Shown here: one piece after another, positions 1 through 11,734 of the stretch
Position numbering within the stretch: the first letter of the stretch is position 1
Layout of the letters: each line of letters starts with the position of its first letter
NCBI GenBank assembly: GCA_000708835.1
Contig: DF237021.1
Location: 124,001 to 188,000 of the forward strand
Length of the DNA stretch: 64,000 nucleotides
Direction: 5' to 3'
Source: Klebsormidium nitens
Lineage: Eukaryota; Plantae; Klebsormidiophyceae
Translations under genes and position numbers: made by a program
Notes under the pieces: model-generated
What the model saw: the letters and a program-made list of their open reading frames with translations, nothing else
The model's database searches: none
Told to the model about the DNA's origin: nothing

Positions 1-3000
1 GGGAACTTGAGCACCCGCAGTTTCAGGCGCTTCAGCGACTTTTCGGGGGACTCGTCGCGCGCGCGCGCCTCGGCGAGGAGCCGCTTCTGCTGGTTGCGCC
101 CCTCGGGCCCGCGCAGGCGCCACCCGATGGACGCCCAGTTCTCGGGGGACTTGAGGAACTCGTCCAGCATGTACTCCACGCTCTCGTCCTCCGCTTCTGG
201 GTTAAGGAAGCGGGTTTGGGTTAGGTTATCAAAGCGTCACGATGGTCTGGTTGAGCGTTAAGAAACTAGTCCAGCATGTACTCCACGCTCTCGTCCCTCC
301 GTTATTGGGTTAAGGAGCGGGTTCGGGTCAGGTTATCAAAGCGTCACGATGGTCTCGTTGAGCGTTAATGTTGATGAGTTCTCCAGCATGTACTCCACGC
401 TCTCGTCCCTCCGTTTCTGGGTTAAGGAACGGGTTCGGGTCAGGTTACCAAAGCGTTATGACCTGGTTTTTTCACTTCCTGAATTGCTTCAACGTTAGGA
501 ACTCGTCCAGCATGTGCCCAACGCTCTGGTCTCCGTTCTGAGTTGATTGTGAGTTTGGGTTGGATTACCAAGAGCGTTGCAATTGTTGGTTGAGTTTCAG
601 GGTTGCGCTAACATGAGAAACTCGTCCAGCATGTACTCTACGCTCTCGTCCGCCGTTTCTGGGTAAAGGCAAGAATTTGACCCACATTATCAAAGCCACC
701 ATGAGTTGAGTACCGTTCAAGGTTTGGTTTCAGAAGACGAGTCGCTTGTTTCTGACTTTAAAGACAGGTTTAGGTCTTGATTACGATGCTCTGCACGCCA
801 GGATCGATTATTCCTTTGAAACAAGGATGCGCATGTTGAGCAGTAGTAGGACGCTCGTCTTCCGTTTCTGGATCATGACGAAGGTTGAGGACTGAATTGT
901 GTAGAAGATTGGGGATGTGGGGGGCTGAAACTGGCCTAAACACGGGCTTCAAAACTGACAAGGGCCCTGCAAAAGCGCCTGGCCAAGGATGTCCCAAAAG
1001 CAGAGACTAACAGTGACGGCAGGAGTCGCTTTTGAACGTCAAGCCCTTCCGAGCATCCGTTTCAAATCGATCACGCACATCCCCAGCAGACATGGAGAAT
1101 CAAAACGCATCTCATCCTTACCCTCTTCGTCCTCCTCTTCTTCATATACTACGTTTTGCGGAGTGATGACGGCTCCTGCAGAAACGGAATGGTCATTAGT
1201 CTACTCGTGTAACCAATCAGGCGATGCTGATTGCCAAAGTGGAGCTCAACAGCAATCGCCAAGACCCAACAACCACACCCGTACGTGGAGCTTGTCAAGC
1301 ACAGCTCTATTTTGCCGAGAGCAAAAGTAGAAGCCTGCATACATTCTTGGACTACCGTGCAGGTTATTTGGCTCACACCTGTTACGAAGCTTGGACTTAC
1401 TATCTGAGCAGGTTGGTTCTTTGAGGATCTTGAACAAAGTGTTGCCTCACTTCGACAAGCTTTGGGTCGTGAAAGCAGTTGTCAGTCAGCGTGATTGAGG
1501 GTTTACCTTCGTCCTCTGTCTCTTCATCGGCTTGCTCTTGCTTGGAAAGACTGGCATTGGGGGCAGACTTCGCCTTCTTCCCCGGCGTCTTGGCCCTCTC
1601 AGCCTCAATTATGTCTGCATGGGCCAAAGAGAGACGCTTCCGTCAGATGGTTGCATGACCTACAACGACAACTGGATCTCAACAAGGTCTGTGCCATGAA
1701 TTAAGCGGCAACACAGAGGAAAGAAGGCCCAGGTGACCTGCACTTCGGATCGCAGCAGCAAGTAACAATTGCTTGTAAGGGGACTTGCTATACAAAGCCG
1801 TCTGACCATGAGGAACTGTTTGCTTTTGACTGAGGACCCAAGCTTTCGAGCTGGCAGATAGATGGGGGAAACATGGGAGGGGACCATGTCGTTAGAAGAA
1901 GGTGCTTAAGAAAACCCACCTCTAGTTGCGGGGATCCGGGCCTCAAAGTCCATGCACTTCTGTACTTCCCCCTCCGACAGGCCCAGCTCTTCTCGCAGAT
2001 ACCGTTCGACTTGCTTCATAGAGTGTAGCTCACGACCATTGGGGGGAGTTCGATGGCTGCAGCATATAAGACGTTTTGAGTTATGGGAAAGATCTGAGTA
2101 GATCGGAAAGCTTGCTCAAATCATGTTGGGAAGCAACGGGCCCCTAGAGAGTGGTTGGCTTAGTCATCAAAACATGATCCGACGAGAATCCAGCAGAAGA
2201 GGTGCTTAGGCCAGCAGTTGGACTTTGCTCAGAGCACTACCACACGTTTGGCAGAGCGCGGTGCAAAACTTGCAATTGAAAGCTAGTCGATAGCAACCTG
2301 CAATACGCGCATTCAGCACCCCAAACATGGTGACTGCAGTGATAGCCGACCAGCAGTCGGGACACTGAATCAGACACGATCTGGTCGCAGTCCATTTGCG
2401 CATTCACAGCCAGATCAGAAGGAGAGAGCAATAGGATTGCATTTAAAGCCCACTCACACGTCTGCATAGTGGCCCGATGCAAGGAGTCGCGAACGAGGCG
2501 CGACCCTCCACTGCCATCCCGCAGGTGCGAACGGCCACCCTACCCCCATCGTCCCCCTCGCCACTCCTTGCTCAAATTCCGGCACAGCTTCCGCCCCCCC
2601 ATCGTCAAGCTCCCCTTCGTGTCCCTGCTCAGCCTTCCCGTCTCCAAAATCCCCCATGTGATCAGTATATCCCCCAACCCCAATCCCTTGAGCATCGGTC
2701 CCTGGCTGCAAATCGTGGAACGCTACATGGTCCGTGAACGCTGCATTGAACTCCTGTTCAAACTCCTGCTCGTCAAGAGCTGGGTGAAACTCTTCCTGCG
2801 GCGAGGCGGCCGGGGTGTGGAGAGACTCGTCCCCAGCAGGAAAGAGGGGGCCTTGGTTGGGTAGGTCTGGGGCCGTAGTGGCGTTTGCGCCGTCGGCTTG
2901 CGAAGCTGGTGTGAATTGGCCCTGGACCGCTGTAAGCAAGGCGGTGCAAGATCAGCCTCGGCAAGAGTTTCGATGACCAGCAAGTCCTGATTGCTGAAAA

Positions 3001-3399
3001 GTTGCAGAGGGCAAAAGATCTTTATTAGGTTTTAGTAGAAGAGTCAATTTGCAGTGAAAGACCATTGGTACGTGGTAAGAGGTAGGGGCATTTGTAAGGA
3101 AAATACATTTGTAGGCTCAGGACCGTTTCTGCCCACTGGGTTACATCCCCACTTCAACTGGCATATATGACCAAACATCTGCAAGATTTCATACCTCAAA
3201 TCTGGACCTTTCTACAATCTCTGCTTCCTCCAAGTGAACCAAAATGGAACGCAGTCATCGTGTGGCTGACATGATCGCATTGCAATGCAAAGCAGAGAGT
3301 AACACTGGAGAGCTCCTCACCACCGGCAAAATAGTGCTCCTCCATCACGGCCACATTTACTCCATCCAACCCAGGCTCCAGGTCCGCTGCATTCTCCAT
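1..3399 (-). CDS. Methyl-CpG-binding-domain (MBD)-like protein with acidic low-complexity regions; 3' end runs off the window. Exons 3321-3399, 2458-2929, 1920-2056, 1507-1614, 1122-1175, <1-196
   Basis: Six GT-AG exons join in frame. The spliced sequence PAGWQWRVAPRSRLLASGHYAD-VHRTPPNGRELHSMKQVERYLREELG...MDF matches the MBD consensus (PxGWxRxVxxR...DVYYxSPxGKKFRSKxExxRYL...FDF). The start at 3399 is tentative; possible upstream UTR or coding exons lie near 3800-4300. Confidence 0.68.
156..871 (-). repeat. Tandem array of about 107-120 bp units (5 clear copies plus 1 faint) made of intron tail, acceptor and exon head of the MBD gene
   Basis: The core 'ccagcatgtactccacgctctcgtc...ctgggttaagg...ggttatcaaagcgt' recurs at about 156 (functional junction), 263, 380, 498 and 618, with a faint copy at about 826. 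Confidence 0.92.
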
Positions 3400-4411
3400 G
3401 CTGAGGTAAGCAAGTCTGCCACTCGCAGAAAAACAGTCCCAATCAACGGCCTACACGCCAATTGAACGCAATTCTGCCCCTTGACAATCTCGCACAGATG
3501 CAGCATTCACGTTTTGAAATGAAAGTAGGGCTCGTCCCGAACGCCGCTTAACTTCAAAAAGAGTGCGCCAATGCAGTGGCGCTCCTTCGCCAATGGTTCT
3601 TCCGCTAGGAATCAGGATACAGAGCGCCAGCTTGAGCCTTGAGCTTCTGCAGTTCAGCTCCCGGGGCCGGGGCCGATGCGGATATTAGGGAGGGCTCCCC
3701 CTGGCGCAACTAGAGTGCATCTGAAACCGTCGATGATACTTTCAGTAACCATCCACGTGTCATCTGACGGCTATCAGAATACGAGCGCTAACACTAGTGC
3801 TACACCTGCCGAGCGTGGGCTAACCCAGGGCTAACCGGGTGACTAATCGACCCGGTTAACTTTAATATTCTGCATCTGGAACCTTCTCCACACAGAGCGT
3901 GGTGGCAGCAGCACGTAGGCAGACGCCATGATGATGCAGTCCTGAGTTCTGGAGCAATGCAGACAACCATGTAGAAGCCGGCTGGAAGGAGGGCGCAGGA
4001 TAGGGTTGTGTAGGGTGTACTGGTAACAGCATTGGTGCTTGGCTTGTCCCTTTTCAATGGAAGGAACACCCTTGAACGACCAACTGGAAAGTAGTTGATG
4101 ATTTTGTAAGTGACGGTGCACTTAGTGCTCAACGCACTGTGTGAAAGGAGCGGAGGCGATCAGGGGTGGTGCAGCTAGTAGAAGGGCTCGATCTCACCTG
4201 TGATGCCCGGGATGTAGTCGCCTGGCGGTTGGAAGTTGGCAACCTTTCTCAAAGTACTGGTCATGCAAACCCGAAAAAGATCCGTACCTTGAGCTTCATG
4301 CAGAGCACTTGACCCTCATCCACCTTTTATTGTTCCTTATGCTCTGGTTTGCTGAAACAGGACCTCGTTAGCAGCTTAAGCATCAAACGTAACTGCGAGA
4401 GACAAGGTGCT

Positions 4412-7400
4412 ATGGCGGAGGCCTTACACATCCTGAAGGCCTCAGCGCTGTTTGGAAGCTTTACAGGCAGCCAAAGGGAAGGGCCACGGAGAGGTCATCA
4501 TTCATCATTTCCAGCGGCCGGTTTGCTTCGTCCACAAATGCTGAAGACTTTACTGATGCTCAGCAGTGCAGAAAGCATTGCTTCGAAACCCGTATGCCAG
4601 GATGGGGTGATAAGCAAGGCAAAGCTTGGGCGGACAGTCCCGCTATCTGTCGTTGCACAAGCTCTTGATGGATCCGGGGCCAGTGGTGGGGGCGGAGGCG
4701 CGAGAGAAGCGGCCAATGGTAAAGCCAGCGACTCTGCGGGTAAGTCATGAGTCTTCACATGCTGGGGAATATGACTTTGCATCTGCCTGATTGAATTTAG
4801 TAGCAAGCTCAGGACGTTCTTTTAAAGCGAGTCGGCAGCAGGCTTCGAAATTGAGCGGAGTCGATGTAGACAGGGAGAAACACTCATTACACATCAAAAT
4901 CTCTCCGAGTATAGACCAGAGGCGAACCTGGAAGTGTGCCATTTGTGGGAAAGTGATTGTTCTGCGTGTTCTGCACCCCTGTCAAGCTTCCACCTCTCCC
5001 TGCATTCATCAATGTGTTTTCACCTATTTCCGGTATATCTTTGTTGAATCTGATTCAAAATGCTGGACGTCGTGATATTTCATAGTGGCAGCTGACCTGG
5101 TGTACCAAGAGGCTACAAGCTAGTGATGGCTGAGTCCTCAACGTCTGAAGTGCTCTCCTGCCTCTCATTTGCTGCAGCAGATTCCGTTCATATAGCACGG
5201 GCCATCGAGCTCTCCAAAAGCTCAGAAGGCCTAACGGCGCCCCACCCGAACGCTGGCTGTGTGTTAGCGCACGGCTCTGAGGTTGTTGGTGAAGGCTTTC
5301 TGTATGCTCAAGGGACCGAGAGTGCCGAAGCACAGGCGGTGCGGGCCGCTGGGCCTAGAGCAGCGGGAGCCACAGCTTACATGAATCTAGAACCAGGGGA
5401 CTGTCATGGGGACCGGAGAGCAGTCAAGGTGCTCATTGATGTGAGGGGCAGGGCGTCTCTTTCCATTCCGTTGGTTTGTTCTTTCAGCGTTCTATATGAA
5501 AGGTTGTCCTTGATTTGGAGGGATTCTCGTCACAAAGAAGATGATGTTTCCACTAGCAAGGTCTTTCCATTAAATCTATCTGGGAGGTTCCAAGACACAT
5601 TTGTACTGCTCTTGCTTTTGAGTGCTGCTATGTCATCTCCAAGTCATCTTGTAACATTCCAACGTCTCGACAGGCGGGTGTCAAGCGAGCCGTGATTGGG
5701 ATGCGGCATCCGCTTTCACACCACAGGGGCAAGGCCATCGATGCTCTTCGGGCCGCCGGAATCGTCGTCGAAGTTGGAGGAGAGGAATACAGGCATCCAC
5801 CAACTGAGGTTAGTCTAACGCACACCAAAGCACTTGCAGCACACAAATGCGCAGCAGGATCCTGTTTGGAGCAGGTGTTTCTGGGTGGATGCGATTTCGA
5901 ACTCGTTCGGCTTCTGGACATATTGTGGAAGCAGACGTATGGAAACAGACAAAGACTGCGAACTCTGAAGTACGTTGAGAAGGAATTCTGTTCTGGAAAC
6001 CACTTTCCATTAGGCGTAGTCAACAAAGTTACTTTGCATCGCTGTCTTGATTCTGTTGCAACGAGTCAAAAGGTCTCCTGGCGGTCATGCATCGTGTCTT
6101 ACGATGAAGGCCGCACACTTTGCCTTGTCTGAGGAATTTGGATGAGAATCGCATTGGCACTTCACCCTACGCAATCGCCCCTTTTTTGTGGTGTCAAACA
6201 CGTCACTCCCACAGTCGTGGGGGTTCACATATTGCATTTCAATCCATTGCCGTCTGGATCTCAAATCCAATGATGTCTCTATCTGAAGTTCCCGTTCGCC
6301 TGTTTCGCATTCTAGGAAGCATGTCAAAAAGCGAACGAGGCGCTCGTATACCGCATGGAGTTCAAGCGCCCGTTCTCGGTGCTGAAATACGCAATGACGC
6401 TCGACGGGAAGATTGCGGCCAGCACGGGGCATGCGGCCTGGGTGTCTGGCAAGGAGTCCCGCCAGAAAGTCTTTGCGATGCGAGGCCGCTCCGATGCGAT
6501 CATCGTGGGGGGCAACACCGTGCGGCGAGACAGTGAGGCTGCTTACCCTCTCTTTATGGTAGTAATCCAGGCCGGAAAGGGGTCATATTTGCTTCGGATG
6601 CATGGCACTCGTTTTATGATTGAAACCGCTACAAATCGTAGATGTATCGAATCATGCTCGCTGAGAATGTCGAAGCGTCAGGTGACAGGCAGCTGCCACG
6701 GTTCGCGATTCGTTTCTCCGAGCATGGACAGTCGCGCCTCTGTTTCTCTGAACAGCTCAGCCTAGCTGGTCAAGACCGGAGGGACACCCTGGAGTCTACA
6801 GAAGTTGCCATCTGATTTCCACAGCTTCGTTAGTTCGAAAAACAGCTCTTCCAACCAATAGTATGCGACTGGAGTTTCGAACGCTCAATAACTAATGGTT
6901 GGTTCTTCGTTGGTTTACTGCATTTAGAAGACTTCGGAAAATCAATGAACCGCCAAACAAGCTCAAACTCTTTCGAAAACCGTTCCCGGTCCTGAAAGAG
7001 GACACCGTTCTGGCGACTTGCTGCACTTCGTCAGTCGGGGGTCTGCAGCCGAGCGACTTGAGGGCGGTGATTATGTCAACTGAACTTGTTTGTCCTTTCT
7101 ACGGACTATTTGAAGCCTGTTCTCTTTTTAAGAAACTTCGAAAAGAAACTTCGAAGTATTGATCCAGGAATCAATGAATCCTGCTGCCAAAAGCGTCATC
7201 GTTATGTCTTGGACTGCGACTACGACGTTCAAGTATTTGTGATATGGATACAGGCTTCTGAAATAGGAAAAGAACACGAATCAGCTGACGTCATCACTGG
7301 TCCTATCCGCTTGATTGCAGACCCCCGACCTGCGACGTGCCGCAAAGGCAGTCTCCTGCTTGTTCGGATTGTTGTGTCCAAACGTTTCGGGAACAGGAGC

Positions 7401-10400
7401 TCGGCTGACAACGTTTTCGTTTCTCTGCTTGGTCGGAGACCCCGACTGATGACGCACTGCGAGGGCGATCTCTGCCCGTCTGGATTGCCATGTTCCGGAT
7501 TGCGACTACGACTTCATGCATCCTAGATACTCAAAAGGTTTTGGCCGTGAGAAGCTTGGCTAACGTCAACACCCCTTTGGTTGCAGACCCCCGGCTGACG
7601 ACGCGCCGTGAGGGTGGCCACCTGCCCGTCCGGATCGTCATGTCCCGGACGCTTCGGCTCCCCGAGGACGCCAACTTGTGGGACGTGTCCGCAGCCCCGA
7701 CCATCGTCATGACGCAAAAGGGGGCACGGGAAGACTTTCAGGTGCGCCAGAAGGGTATGCCCTTGTGTTTGTTGAGGCGCCTTCGTTTTGTCTGATCGGA
7801 CTTTCGGCGTGGTCAGCTTGAGCCACACATGCTCGATACTGGTGGAATGTTGGTTAGAATGTCAAGAATCAGACTGACATGAGGGACTGGCTGCAAATCC
7901 CGCGAAATGTCATGAGATTGCTGTCCGTTAGAGAATTGGCTGCGAGAGCGGGCTGTGGAGGAGACTTTGAGACTTCTCACCGTTCGACCTCCGCAAGCAA
8001 TGCCAGGAAGCAGTATTAGCATACAGACAGTCACAGAGTCTGGACCGCCCTTTACGATGACTAAGTGAATTTTGTTTGCGTGTCACCTACAGGATTGGCT
8101 GAGGCCAAGGGGCCTGTACATTGTGCTTTCGGATCTTACCCTGCGTCATCAACTTCATTGCCGGTTTCCAGATTGCTGCGTAGTTTTTGACCATGATTTG
8201 ACTGGAATCATCTGACATAACCTCTCTGCTTGTCGCGCACAGGATCGGTTGCGGCGGCGGGGCGTCGAGATCGTGGAGTTTGACTTCCTGACCCCCGCCG
8301 GCGTCATGGATTACTGCTACCAGCGCGGATTCCTCCAGGTGCTCTGGGAATGCGGGGGCACGCTGTCCGCGCCCGCCATTCAAGCTGGCGTCATTCACCG
8401 GGTGAGGATGACGTTTTCCCTTGACCGGGCTGGTTGGGGGTTTCATAACTCAGCGTTTCGAGACTTTTAATCATGGGTCCAAGCAGACAGCGTGCTCTTA
8501 ATGCTCTGCATTTGTCATTTGAAGCGTGCAGTCGTGGTCTGGACTTAAAGGATTCTTGCAAGGAAAGTCGACTTTTGGGACTCTTTTCACCGACGATGTC
8601 TGTTGGTCCTCAAACCCCGCATTTGCGCCAGGGGAAGTACCGATGTCTGCATTTGACTGGCTTACGTAGTTCCATTGCACGGGCCTCACTTACATCGTCT
8701 CAGATTTCCTCCCCTTATGCGGCGCAGAATCTACGTCACAGTCTTGTCGATTCCGGAGAAAGCGACGTGTTCCGGAGAAACCGTTTTGTTTTTCGCTGAC
8801 CAAGAGGAGTTTCTTCTGGAACAGGTGATGGCGTTTGTGGCTCCGAAGCTCATTGGCGGTATCACCGCCCCAACTCCCGTGGGCGAGCTCGGGTTCGTCG
8901 AGATGACGCAAGCAATGAACCTGTCAGACGTCAGCTACGACGTGGTAGGTTATCTGAGCTCTCAATACGCTTGCCGTCTTTCTAGTCGCATTTGAACACG
9001 CTGGCGAGCGAGGTCGTTTTTACTTGAGCTCCTTTGGGAGTGTAATAGTTGACCGGTATGCGACTGGGTTCCCGTGGCCATTTTTAAGTGTGCTAGTCAG
9101 ACGTACGAGAACGGGTTTTTCGTTTGCACGTTGATGATCAGAGCATCGTTCAGGGTTGCCACGATTGAGGGGCCACTCAGTGCGCGTCAATCCTACAAGG
9201 CAGTTTGGTTACTTTTGCTCATCTTCGAATGACCAATTTACCCTCATTCGCAATTTACACCTGATGAGTTTCTAAGCAAATTTGCTTTTTGCCCGATGCA
9301 GGTTGGCCCCGACCTCATGGTCTCCGGTTACCTCCAAACCCCGCACACCAACCCCATTCGTCCCTTCTCCTGGCCTGCGCCCAATCAGGAAACCGCCCCC
9401 AGCTCCGTCGCGGCCCCTCCCCCACCGCGACCTCGGATCGCATTCTACAAAGCCTGGGACCTCTACGGCGCCTTCTCGAACTTCTCCCCCCATCCAATCA
9501 CGATGCCGGATCTAGAGGGGCGGGAAGAGGAGTGGCGCTCTGTGGAACACTTTTACCAGGCGCAAAAGTTTGCGGGCGTCAATGACGCAAATGCGGAGAG
9601 CGCCGTGCGGGGGATTCGGGAGGCGCGGAGCTCGGAGGAGGCGGCGCGCATCGGGCGCGCGCTCGAGCGGCTGCGGCCGGAGCTGGTAAGGCGGGCGGAA
9701 AACGTATGCCACGTGGCTTCGTGAGTCGCCACGAAGATGGTTACTGATGTTCATGCGGGCGACAGAAATACTGCTACACGGGACAGACGATTGCGAGGAT
9801 AATGTAGTCTCCAGAGAGTCGATCAAGAAGACAGATTTTAATGCGGCGGGAAGATCTGCGGGATGCTGATAGTATCGGACCGTTTGAACGAACGTGCGCC
9901 ACTTCGAGCGATATGGGAGTCCCAGAAGACTATTGGTCTGCGTCTTACCTATGTCTCTTCTGCCTGTGAATGGAAGATGCTCTGGTTTTTGAAGGGAAAA
10001 CTCAATTTAGCAAAGATGCTGCGGACAGATATCCAAGCTAATGTTTGACAAGACGTGGGATGCGTTCTTTTGAAGCAGGATTCTCCAAAGGTACGTCCAG
10101 GTTCTGACATGGGGCTTGGGGCAACATTCTTTTTACATTCCTGACATCCTTCCGACTGCAGGTACGGCAGGACTGGGATACCGCAAAGGTTGAGGTGATG
10201 TATGGTGCATTATGTCGGAAGTTCCAGATGCATTCCGAGTTGTCAAATCTACTAGTCTCGACGGGGGATCTCGAGATTGTGGAGAACGCGCCGCATGATT
10301 TCTTTTGGGGCATAGGGCGGACAGGTCAAGGCCAGAATCACCTCGGAAAGTTGCTGATGCGGGTTAGACGAGAATTGCAGGAGGTATCGGAAAAGAGCCC

Positions 10401-10431
10401 GGCAGTAGAAGTTTTGCAAGATGTAAGGTGA
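4412..10431 (+). CDS. PYRR: Riboflavin biosynthesis protein PYRR (RibD-like: deaminase-like, pyrimidine reductase and C-terminal DUF1768/NADAR N-glycosidase domains), plastid-targeted, about 9 exons
   Basis: Motifs TAPHPNAGCVL, LKYAMTLDGKIA, DAIIVGGNTVRRD and VLWECGGTL. NADAR motifs FYKAWDLYGAFSNFS, SVEHFYQAQKF and ENAPHDFFWGIG...NHLGKLLMRVR. N-terminal transit-like exon at 4412-4739. Confidence 0.93.
7311..7505 (+). repeat. Two decayed intronic copies of the acceptor and head of PYRR exon 7587
   Basis: 'ttgcagacccccgacctgcgacgtgccgc...cggattgttgtgtcc' (7315) and 'ggagacccccgactgatgacgcactgcgagggc' (7434), versus the real 'ttgcagacccccggctgacgacgcgccgtgagggt...cggatcgtcatgtcc' (7581). Confidence 0.85.
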
Positions 10432-11734
10432 TGTCAAGTAGGTTATCAAGAACGTTCAAGCTAATCAGCAAGCCGAGTGGTCGATATTTTCTATTGATTG
10501 CGAAATCTCTTCTTAACTGCGAGAGCTTCTTAGAGGACTGTGGGTCCCTCTTCCAAAAGAAAGTGAACACGTTTGAGCAGGTCAGCCCAAGGATATGTTG
10601 AGGCCTCGATCGACTCTTCTGCCAAACCATATTTGTAGAGATGAGGTGCTGGAGCGCTTGAGTATTGTCGGCTTTAGTCGGCTTGCTTCAGATGTGCATG
10701 ATACACAGGCTTTATTGGCATGCGCCGTTGAATCATGTAGTGCAAACGGGGCGATCCAAAACTGTGAAGGCCATCCACGTACAGCTATATATTCAAAGCA
10801 GGATATGGCCGGATGTGCATATATACATAAAGGCCTAGCAAAGGTGTACAAAATTATTCCATACGATTGGACAACCACGCGCTAAGTTATGCGCGCGGGC
10901 CCGCCCTTCTTTGCTCAGAGTGCATGCAAAAATTTGTGCAGCGAAGCATGACTTGACGGGCCATATAAATGATCGTCACAGCATGTGCACCTAGATATCA
11001 ATCAGACACCTCGATCAACAAGTGTATGCCATGAGAAATAGCATACTAATGGCCGCACTGAGTGACTAGACCGTCTGCATTTAACGACAAGAGACAACCA
11101 TTATATGCACTGTTATGCCTGATTGGTAAGCTCTGAAGTTGGTAAGACTCAAGACTCGTATGCAGCTAGAGGACAATAAAACCCCCAGCCACCGACCTCG
11201 GATGCAATGTGGTTTGTTTTGATCAGAGCAGGCCCTCAAACATACGTGCTTTATGGTGTCGATGCTTACTCGTCAAGTGCGTGGTATTGCACCGATGATG
11301 CACACGAATAAATGAAGAGGCCTCAAGAGTAGTCTTGTTTATATCTGGGCAACAAATCACCCCTGGACATCAGCAATCGTCTTCGCTTTCTCAGAACTGC
11401 CAGTGTCATACAAGGCGTGCATCACAAATCTGGAGCAGCTTACCACCTACTAACATGGCAAGACCCACAATCATACCTGCAGCAGTCTGCTCACAATTGC
11501 CAATTTGCCTCATGTCCCCCGTACCAAGTGCATGACTGGGCTGATTCAAGACTCGGAGGGACATTCACGGATTTCTTTCAATCATAGCTAGCCTGTATGG
11601 CTGCTTAGCTAAATCAGTGAACTGCCCAATCAATTCCCTCCTAAAAGCTGGCCGGTATGTGTCCAACTTGATGGACTGGCGACAAGTGTCATCAATAACG
11701 TTGCGACCAAAGCAAGCCCCTGGACAAAGTCTGA

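Noticed and set aside
197-450. gggtttgggttaggtt as interstitial telomere repeats
   Set aside because: Not a regular TTTAGGG/TTAGGG run. On the minus strand it is the branch-point and pyrimidine region (cctaac...ttaacccag) of the intron.
156-710. Repeat array as a CRISPR array
   Set aside because: There are no unique spacers, the whole unit is repeated, it is a copy of a spliceosomal junction in a eukaryotic gene, and there are no cas genes.
933-957. Similarity to 20874-20896 (ggcctaaa...gggcttc.aaactg)
   Set aside because: Short and gapped; cannot be distinguished from chance.
3800-4300. Additional coding exons of the MBD gene
   Set aside because: Splice-like signals exist, but I could not join them in frame to exon 3321-3399; they may be 5' UTR exons.
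9296-10431. RibD-NADAR fusion as a novel architecture
   Set aside because: This is the established plant PYRR domain organisation.
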